Part shown: one piece after another, positions 55,797 to 64,000 of the stretch | Layout of the letters: each line of letters opens with the position of its first letter | How positions within the stretch are numbered: the first letter of the stretch is position 1 | NCBI GenBank assembly: GCA_902789825.1 | Contig: CADAPK010000002.1 | Coordinates: 18,275 to 82,274, forward strand | Length of the DNA stretch: 64,000 nucleotides | Direction: 5' to 3' | Source of the DNA: an uncultured Ureaplasma sp. | Lineage (GTDB): Bacteria; Bacillota_I; Bacilli_A; Mycoplasmatales; Mycoplasmoidaceae | The notes under the pieces: generated by a model | The model's database searches: none | The model's input: the letters and a program-made list of their open reading frames with translations, nothing else | What the model was told of the DNA's origin: nothing | Translations under genes and position numbers: made by a program

Positions 55797-57417
55797 ACCA
55801 TTTATAAAATTGGTTAATATCGGTAAAACATATGATGACGGATATGTCGCTTGTGATAATATAAACATCGCAATTGATAAAGGTAAATTTGTAACGATTT
55901 TGGGTCCAAGTGGTTGTGGTAAATCAACTATTTTAAAAATGATTGCAGGTTTTGAAAAACCATCAACGGGTAAAATTATTGTTAATGGAGTAGATATTAA
56001 AGATGTTCCTATTCACAAAAGACAAACAGCAACTTTTTTCCAGGATTATGCATTATTTCCTAATATGACTGTTTTTCAAAATATTGCATATGGTGTTAAA
56101 CTACTAAGAAAAAAACTAAATAACATTTCCCAACGAGTTTTAAAAACACGCGACACAATTTATAAAAATGCATTAAAATATTCATTTAAAAAAATTAACG
56201 ATTTAAAGAAAAATCAACTAAAAATTGAAAAAGATTTAACTAAATTAAGTAAATTTTATCTTGATAACGATTACTTATGAAAGATTAAAGATATGCGTGC
56301 TGCACAATTTAAACAACAAATTTTTATGTTTGAAAAAAAAATTATTAAATTAGCTAAAAACAATGATTATCGTGGATTTAGATTATCGAGCAAGAATAAA
56401 CGTCGAGTAATATGAAATAAAATTTTATCATTATTTGGTATTCATCGTTATGTAAAATTTGACAAAACAAACATATCAAATATCAATGAGTTACAGATTT
56501 TAAAGTTAATAAAATTTTATTTGTATAAAAAAAATAATGATGCAAAAGTTGATCATCTAAAGACAAAATATTGGGATTTAGATGAATGAATATCATATTG
56601 ACAAAATTTTCCACAATTAAAAGTCGAAGAATTTGATAAAGTCAATACAACACGTGCGTTAACAAAAGATGAGATTAACGATGAAGTTTATCATGTACTT
56701 GATTTAGTTAAGTTGACTGGTTATGAACACAAATATCCATCAGAATTGTCAGGTGGAATGCAGCAACGTGTTGCTTTAGCACGAGCAATTGTTGTTAAAC
56801 CTGATATTTTATTGCTCGATGAACCACTTTCGGCATTGGATATAAAAGTAAAGCAAAAAATGCAAGATGAACTTAAAAAAATTCATAATGAATTGAAGAT
56901 TAATTTTATTTATGTAACTCATGATCAAGAAGAAGCATTAAGTTTATCCGATCTAGTTATTGTAATGTCAAAAGGAAAAATTGAACAAATCGGTACCCCC
57001 AAAAATATCTACGAGCACCCTAATAATCAATGAGTTGCTAATTTTATTGGACAAGCAAATTTTTTGAATCTAAAGTGTATTAGTAAAAATAAAGTTTTAA
57101 TTGAAAACAAAAAATTTGATGTAAAAAAAATTAAATATCAATTCAACCCTAATTCGATTAATAATAATTTTAAATTGATGGTAAGATATGAGGATATTCA
57201 AGCATGCGAAATGAAACAAGCAATGCTTATCGTAAAGATTATTTCAATTACATATAAAGGAATTTTCTTTGATATAAAATGTATAACAAAAAATAAGACT
57301 TTCCTTCATTTTCATACAATAAAGCAATTTCATATTAATGAAATCATCGGTATTAAATGAGATTTTAAATGTTCAATAGTTTTAATTGACCGCGATAAAA
57401 ATAAAAATGATCAATAA
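55786..57417 (+). CDS. potA: Spermidine/putrescine ABC transporter ATP-binding protein with a large internal insertion
   Basis: Three same-frame track ORFs. The 430-nt gap holds only TGA stops (verified). Walker [10 protein letters not shown] and Q-loop ..[13 protein letters not shown]... About 185 extra residues follow before ..[14 protein letters not shown].. and ..[11 protein letters not shown]... 543 aa. Confidence 0.88.
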
Positions 57418-58270
57418 AGTATTTATTCGACAAAACGATATTTTTCCAAAAAAAAATAAAAAAATTCAAAAAAAATTTTTATTTGTTTTGCCATTAATTT
57501 TATTATTAATTTGTTTTTGTTTCATTCCTTTATTTTTTATTTTCGTTAAACCGCTTCAAAACGATATCAATTTAACATGAATGGTTGTTAATAAATTTAT
57601 TTGACAAAAAATTTTACTTTCATTAGTTTTATCACTAATTTCAACATTTGTTTGCATCATAATTTCCTACCCTTTTTGTTACCTTCTTATATTTAACAAG
57701 AAAAAAATATTTAAAACAATTTCGATTACTTTGATTACAATGCCAATTTGATTAAGTTTTTTAATAAAAATTATTGGTTTAAAAACTTTTTTTGATGTTT
57801 GTATTGGTTATTCTAATTCCACATATGGCCATATTTTTACAATTATTGGAATAGTCTATATGAATCTCCCTTTTATGATCCTTGCAGTTTTTAATGTTTT
57901 AGACGGAATACCAAAAAATTTAATTTTGGCATCATATGATTTAGGTCAAAATTGATTAAAAACATTTATTAAAATTATTTTTCCTTATACAAAAGTAGGT
58001 TTTTTTTCTGGTGTCAGTATTGTTTTTTTGTCATCAATAACAACTGTTTCTATTCCACAATTTATGAATAATAATAATGATGGTTTCATGATTGGAACTA
58101 TTCTTATTTCAGAAAGTGAACATGGCATAATTAATTCAATTGCAGCATCGAGAATTAGTGCAATAAGTTTAATAACTACAGTATCAGCATTATTTTTTTA
58201 TTTTTTTATTTTTGTTTTACCACAAATAATTTTTAGAATATTTCAACGGAAAAATTTTAGGAAAAAATAG
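57407..58270 (+). CDS. potB: Spermidine/putrescine ABC transporter permease
   Basis: ATG 57407 overlaps the end of potA. One frame through several TGA (verified codon by codon). Polytopic, with EAA-type loop ..LASYDLGQNWLKTFIKIIFPY... 287 aa. Confidence 0.85.
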
Positions 58271-58273
58271 AAA

Positions 58274-59158
58274 ATGGTACAAAATTTAATAAAAGCGAAT
58301 TTTACTGATATCGGAAATAATTTTTTAAAATTTCTAAAAAAATTTTATGTATTAATCATCTTATTTTTCATCTATTTACCACTAATTATTGTTGTCTTAT
58401 TAAGTTTTAATGGACAAACAAATAAAGGAAATATTGATATGAATTTTAATCATAATTTTTCGTTCGTGAATTATTTTTATTTATTAAATAATAATGCTTT
58501 TTTAAATGATTTATTAAATTCTATTATTGTCGCAATAATTACAACACCGATTACGATAATAATTGCATTAATGGCATGTTTTGGTTTATGAAATTCTCAA
58601 AAAATTCAACGTAATTTAATTATTGGAATTTGTAAAACAACTTTTATTTTACCGGAACCAATAATTGCGATAAGTCTATGTATGCTTTTCATGTCTACTC
58701 TTATCCCTTTAGGATTTAATTTTGGTCTATTAACAATTTGTTTAGCACATATTTCATATTATTCACCATATGCCGTAATGATAATTTATCCAAAAATAAT
58801 GAAATTAAATGCTAATTTAATTTTGGCAAGTTATGATTTGGGATATTCCAAAATAAAAACTTTTTTTAATATTATTTTTAAAACTTTGTTACCATCACTC
58901 CTATCCGCAACTATTGTTGTGTTTGGATTAAGTTTTGATGAATTTATCATTACAAATTTGGTAAATGGTTCGTTTCAAACTGTTGCGACAAAAATGTACA
59001 TGACACGAAAAGGAATAAAATCTTGGATTATCACATTTGGTGCTATGATCATTATTTTATCAATTGTTGTCACTTTTATTTCTACTTTGATCAAGATTCA
59101 AAAAACGAGAAGACATCGATTGGTAAAAATAAGACGAAAGTATGAAAATAAAAATTAA
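58274..59158 (+). CDS. potC: Spermidine/putrescine ABC transporter permease
   Basis: Two same-frame ORFs joined by TGA. ..LASYDLGYSKIKTFFNIIFKTLLPS... 294 aa. Confidence 0.85.
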
Positions 59159-60554
59159 ATCATTTCACACTATTTTATTCTTATTTTGTTTCATCCCGAT
59201 ATTTTTATTTACAAATCTTGTTTTTTTGTCATGCGCGCAAAGGGATACCTTTATTCAAATAGGGAATTTTGAGAGTTATATGGCGCGGGAATTAATCGAC
59301 GACATTACAAAAAAATATGGTGCAAAATTTGTTTATTATCCCAATAATGAAACAATTGAAGCAAAATTTGAAAAATATTATGACATCGCTATACCAAGCA
59401 GTTATGAAATTATAAATTTATGAGGTCAAAATCTAATTCAAAAAATAGATTGAGCAAAATTTAATATTAAGAATATTAATGGTGATCGTATTAATAATGC
59501 TAAAGAGGCAATTACATTATTTAATCAGGATGAAATTAATTATCTTAATGAGCAAGCAAGAACATTTACCACAAAAATGATTGAGGCAAAAAAAACCAAC
59601 CAAACGAAACCAATTATTAATATTTTAGACTGATGTGTTCCATATTTTTTTCAAAATTTTATGTTTGCTTATAAAGGTAAAGAAATTAAATTTTACAATG
59701 AAAATAATGAAGAAGTCATTGATAAAAATAATTTAACTTGAAATGATATTTTTTATACAGTAGGTCCATTAAATCCTAAGTGTGAAAATCGATTCAAGCC
59801 AACAAAAAAAACACATATAGGGATGGTTGATGATGCAAGAACAATTTATGAAATTGTTAAAATTTTAAATAAAAATAGAAAACAACAAAATGATATTACA
59901 TATGATGTAAACGATATTTTTCCGTTATTAACAAAATATTTTACCAATAAATCGTGAATTAATCTGCAATCTGATTCAGGAATTATTTCACGCAATTTAT
60001 CAATTGATAACGGTGGATATTCAGCTGCTTTTGCCTGATCAGGAGATATTTTTTATGCTGCCACACAACATGCAGAAGAAAAAAATTTTGGATTCCATGC
60101 TGATAATTTTCATATTGTTAAGCCAAACAATTCATTGATGTCATTTGATGGTCTTGTTATCAACAAAGCAAGTATTGAACAGAAGGGAGATAAAATTTAC
60201 GAAATTATTAAACAAATCGCATTAGATGGTTGTGATGTTGATCGGCACAAATTATTTAATAGGAAAGATAATGAATTTTCATATTGAGTAGTTCGTAATT
60301 TTCATAAATTGGGATACACCCCACCATTAAAAAATTTGTATGATGCTCTTATCAGTATTGATAAACCATGTGAATATTGGAAAGAATTTCTCGATTTAGA
60401 CAAGAGTAAAAAAGATAAAAAAACTTTAGAAATGTATATTGATATTCTCAAAATTAATCAAAATAATAAATGTAAAATTTATGAAGAACCTTTGGATCAC
60501 ATAACTAATTCCAATATTAATTGGACATGAATGCAAATAAAAAATAATTTATAA
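59142..60554 (+). CDS. potD: Lipoprotein, probable polyamine ABC transporter substrate-binding protein
   Basis: Lipobox ..TNLVFLS-C-AQ... One frame from 59142 to TAA 60552-60554 through nine TGA (verified codon by codon). 470 aa. Called mainly by operon position after potC. Confidence 0.65.
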
Positions 60555-60556
60555 AA

Positions 60557-61501
60557 ATGAATCGCATTATTTTAGGGATTGAAACTAGTTGTGACGATAC
60601 AAGCATCGCAATTATGAAAAACGGTAAATTACTTTCTAATGTTACTTTTACTTCTAATAACATTAATAAAAAATATGGAGGTATTGTTCCAGAATTATCA
60701 GCACGTTATCATTGTAAACACATTGATCATGTGTTTAAACAATGTGTAAAAAAAGCTAAAATAAAGATTAGTGATATTACCCACATTGCCTATACTTTTG
60801 AACCCGGTCTTATAGGTAGTTTGCATATCGGTAAAATTTTTGCCAATCAAATTGCAATTTTGCTTGGTCTTGAACCAATAAAAATTAATCATAACATTGC
60901 ACATATTTTTTCATATTTTATTGATCATTCTTTCAAAAAAAAATTTTTCCCTTTTCTTTCACTAGTTGTTTCTGGCGGTAATACATTTATTGCATTAGTT
61001 TTAAATTTTGATAACATTAAAATTTTAAATCAGACTATTGATGACGCTATTGGTGAAGTTCTTGATAAAATAGGACGTGCTTTGGAATTACCATATCCTG
61101 GCGGTAAAAGTATTGATAAAATTTTCACTTATAAAAAAATAATCAATCTATTCAAACATTTATCAGCAAATAATAAATTTAGTTTCGCTGGTTTAAAGAC
61201 AAAAATATTAAATATAATTAATCAAAAAAGATATAGTAAATCTACCATTGCTAGTTCTGCTCTTAAGTGGATTATTGACGATTTAAAAATAAAATTATTG
61301 CATTATCTTTCAAAATACCCATTAGTTAAAAATGTCGTGATCGGCGGTGGTGTTAGTGCCAATCGACAATTGCGTAAAGAATTACAAAAATTAAAAGATG
61401 TTAAATGTTTTTTTCCAACAGAAACTTTTACAAATGATAATGGAGCAATGATTGCTAAATTAGCAGATTTGAAAATCACTAATCATAAAATTGGAAAATG
61501 A
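60557..61501 (+). CDS. tsaD: tRNA N6-adenosine threonylcarbamoyltransferase
   Basis: 314 aa. ..[15 protein letters not shown].., ..[13 protein letters not shown].., ..VSGGNT.., ..GGGVSAN... Confidence 0.9.
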   Translation: MNRIILGIETSCDDTSIAIMKNGKLLSNVTFTSNNINKKYGGIVPELSARYHCKHIDHVFKQCVKKAKIKISDITHIAYTFEPGLIGSLHIGKIFANQIAILLGLEPIKINHNIAHIFSYFIDHSFKKKFFPFLSLVVSGGNTFIALVLNFDNIKILNQTIDDAIGEVLDKIGRALELPYPGGKSIDKIFTYKKIINLFKHLSANNKFSFAGLKTKILNIINQKRYSKSTIASSALKWIIDDLKIKLLHYLSKYPLVKNVVIGGGVSANRQLRKELQKLKDVKCFFPTETFTNDNGAMIAKLADLKITNHKIGK

Positions 61502-62631
61502 TTTGTAAAAAAATAATAGCATCGGAATCAGTCGGAATTGGACATCCTGATAAAATTTGTGATCAAATCGCTGATTTAATCTTGGATGAGTGTTTAAAAC
61601 AAGATGAAAATTCTCGAGTAGCATGCGAAGTTTTTGCTAGTAGTAGAACGATTACAATTGCAGGCGAAATTACAACAAAAGCTTATGTCGATGTTGTTAA
61701 ATGTGCATGAAAAGTTTTAAAACCATTAGGATATTCAGAAAACGATTTTCAAATTTTATTAGATATCAATGCACAATCTAGTGATATCGCGAAAAAAGTT
61801 AATCTTAATAAAAATCTAATTGGTGCAGGTGATCAAGGAATTGTTTTCGGTTATGCTTGTGATGAAACGCCACAATACTTACCTTTATCATTAGTTTTGA
61901 GTAATGAGCTTTTATTGAAACTAACAAATTTAATAAAAACCAAGAAATTACTTGGTTATTTATATGATATGAAGTCATTAGTTTCAATAAATTATCAAAG
62001 TGAAAAAAATCCTCAAATTTACTCAATTGTTCTTTCCGTTCAACATGCGAAAAATAAAAAAAAATCCATAATAGAAAAAGAGATCGAAGATATCGTTATT
62101 AATCCAGTTTTGAATGCACATAATTTATCATCAAAATGCAAAAAATATATTAATTATGCCGGTGATTTTATTAATGGGGGTTTATTTGCCGATACCGGTT
62201 TAACTGGACGAAAAATAATTGTTGATACATATGGATCAATTGCTAATCATGGAGGGGGTTCGTTTAGTGGGAAGGATTATACAAAAGTTGATCGTACTGG
62301 TGCTTATTTTGCTCGATATATTGCGAAAAACATTGTAGCAGCCAAATTGGCAAAGAAAGTACAAGTGCAATTAACTTTTTGTATTGGTGTATCAAAACCA
62401 ATTTTATTGCATATTGAAACATATGGTACGAATTCAATTTCAAATGAAAAAATTTTTAGCGCTGTTTCAAAAGCATTTAATTTCGATTTATATAATATTA
62501 TTAAAACATTGGATTTAAAAAAACCAATTTATCATTTAACATCTGTCTTTGGACATTTTGGTAAAGAAAATTTACCATGAGAAAAGTTAGATAAAGTTGA
62601 TATCTTAAGGAGAATTAGTAAAGGTGAGTAA
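61498..62631 (+). CDS. metK: S-adenosylmethionine synthase
   Basis: Same-frame pieces joined by TGA (gap verified). ..[15 protein letters not shown].., ..GAGDQGI.., ..[28 protein letters not shown]... 377 aa. Confidence 0.93.
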
Positions 62632-62974
62632 TAAAATTGTTAAGGAAATACTGGAAAAAAAATTTAAGAAAAGTATTTTTTCTGGTTACGATCCTTTTGA
62701 TGTCGACAATTTTTTTGATCGAATGATAATATATATTAATGACTTGTTGGAAATTAAAAGTTCACTTGAAAATGAAATTGAATCATGAAAAAAAAAATAT
62801 TGTGAATTACTCGAGCAGAAAAAAAATCTCGTTAATCAAAATACAATTTTGAAAAATGAAATTAATGAATATCAGAAAGAGGGTTATGGACAAAAACATT
62901 TAAACCGTCGAATGGATAAACTTGAAGAAAAATGCAAAACTATTTTGCTACAACAACAAAATAAGAATAAATAA
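62624..62974 (+). CDS. DivIVA-domain protein (GpsB/DivIVA-like), GTG start
   Basis: GTG 62624 is the first start after an in-frame TAA, 11 nt after AAGGAG, and overlaps the end of metK. ..FKKSIFSGYDPFDVDNFFDRM.. followed by a coiled coil. One TGA. 116 aa. Not in the ORF track. Confidence 0.6.
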
Positions 62975-63055
62975 TTGTTGTGTAAATTTCATAGTATCTT
63001 TAATAATCTAGGGTTTGCGATTTATTGGGATAGTGTGAAACAAATTTATGTTTAA

Positions 63056-63580
63056 TTAATAGAATTTGTTAAATGAATTCTTATGTTCACATACATCACA
63101 AACAATGGGTTTATTTTTGATTTTTAGTTGCCCACATTTAGAACATTTTCATTTATTGCTTTTATTTATTTTATTTTTATAAATCTTAATTTTTTTAAGA
63201 AAATCTTTAAGTAGTTTTTCATGATTTTCTTCAATTTTTGCAACATTTAAAAAAAGTGTTTCGATCTTTTTATATCCATCTTTTTTAGCATCAATTGCAT
63301 ATTGTTTGTACATTTTAGTTCATTCATTGTTTTCGTTTTTTATCGAATTATGTAAATTTTCTAAAGTAGAATTAATTTTTCCATTATTTATAAGTTTAAA
63401 TCATATTTTTGCATGTTCTTTTTCATTATTAGCTAATTCAAGAAAAAAATTACTAATTTTGTAAAAACCTTCTTTTTGTGCCATGCTTGCGAAAAATGTG
63501 TATTGATTTCTTGCTTGCGATTCACCAGCAAAAGCCGATCATAAATTTTTATAGGTTTTTGTTGCTTCAAATTTCTTCAT
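63056..63580 (-). CDS. rbr: Rubrerythrin (ferritin-like diiron domain plus C-terminal rubredoxin-like CxxC..CxxC)
   Basis: Not in the track (several TGA). MKKFEATKTYKNLWSAFAGESQARNQYTFFASMAQKEGF..ANNEKEHAKIW.. and C-terminal ..WKCSKCGQ..PIVCDVCEH... 174 aa. Confidence 0.8.
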
Positions 63581-63686
63581 TTCTAATTTTTACTATTTTA
63601 AATAATTATATTTCTAAATTTAAACATCACTCCAATATAAAGATAAATTAAATGGTTAAATTTAGTATTATAAAATTAACATCTCA

Positions 63687-64000
63687 ATGATTCACATTGT
63701 CCTTTATCAACCACAAATTCCGCAAAATGCGGGGAATATTATTCGAACATGCGTTGGTTTTAACGCAATTTTACACATGATAAAACCATATGGTTTTGTT
63801 CTTTCAAATAGTAAATTTACACGAAGTGCTTTAGATTATCTTAAAAAAATAAAATTGATTGAGCATATCGATTATGATGATTTTATTTCGACAATACCAA
63901 AAAGAAGTTTAGTCTATTACATTACACGTTATGGAAGAAATTTACCAGAAAAAATAAAAAAACCTTTCGGCAAACAAAACATTTATTTAATTTTTGGTTG
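63687..64000 (+). CDS. trmL: SpoU/TrmL-type tRNA 2'-O-methyltransferase (3' end outside window)
   Basis: MIHIVLYQPQIPQNAGNIIRTCVGFNAILHMIKPYGF..TRSALDY.. matches the small YibK/TrmL SPOUT family. The frame runs off the window. Confidence 0.7.
   Translation, partial: MIHIVLYQPQIPQNAGNIIRTCVGFNAILHMIKPYGFVLSNSKFTRSALDYLKKIKLIEHIDYDDFISTIPKRSLVYYITRYGRNLPEKIKKPFGKQNIYLIFG

Noticed and set aside
63595-63615. ATAATTAT palindrome upstream of rubrerythrin as a PerR/Fur-type box.
   Set aside because: It is only an 8-mer of pure A/T in a very AT-rich spacer, so chance occurrence is too likely. No regulator gene is in the window.

Overview
Strongly AT-rich, very gene-dense chromosomal segment of a Mollicute (Mycoplasma-type) genome that must be read with translation table 4. 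Almost every conserved gene is cut into pieces in the supplied standard-code ORF track at in-frame TGA codons, and each becomes one full-length, family-typical protein when TGA is read as Trp. I re-joined these by hand and checked the larger gaps codon by codon for TAA/TAG. The window holds the replication-origin neighbourhood (rpmH-rnpA-yidC on the minus strand, dnaA-dnaN on the plus strand), the complete F1Fo ATP synthase operon and secG-rnr-smpB. It also holds infC-rpmI-rplT, rplK-rplA, seven tRNA genes in two clusters, secA-uvrB, pheST, dnaX, argS, gltX, potABCD, tsaD-metK and other housekeeping genes. I saw no rRNA, CRISPR array, transposase or integrase. The most unusual observations are: (1) the anaerobic class III ribonucleotide reductase gene nrdD is split inside its C-terminal zinc ribbon, with the activase gene nrdG in the gap and the glycyl-radical loop encoded as a separate 59-codon ORF; (2) a compositionally odd, purine-rich segment of about 1 kb (19.2-20.2 kb) carries a TGA-masked, membrane-anchored GIY-YIG nuclease gene that is absent from the ORF track; (3) uvrB seems to have lost helicase motif III through a clean in-frame deletion; (4) an orphan, translationally coupled gene pair lies between uvrB and pheT; (5) a small sigma-70-like gene sits next to dnaN; (6) there is a processive membrane GT2 polysaccharide-synthase-like gene. 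All product calls rest on motif recognition by eye; no database search was possible.
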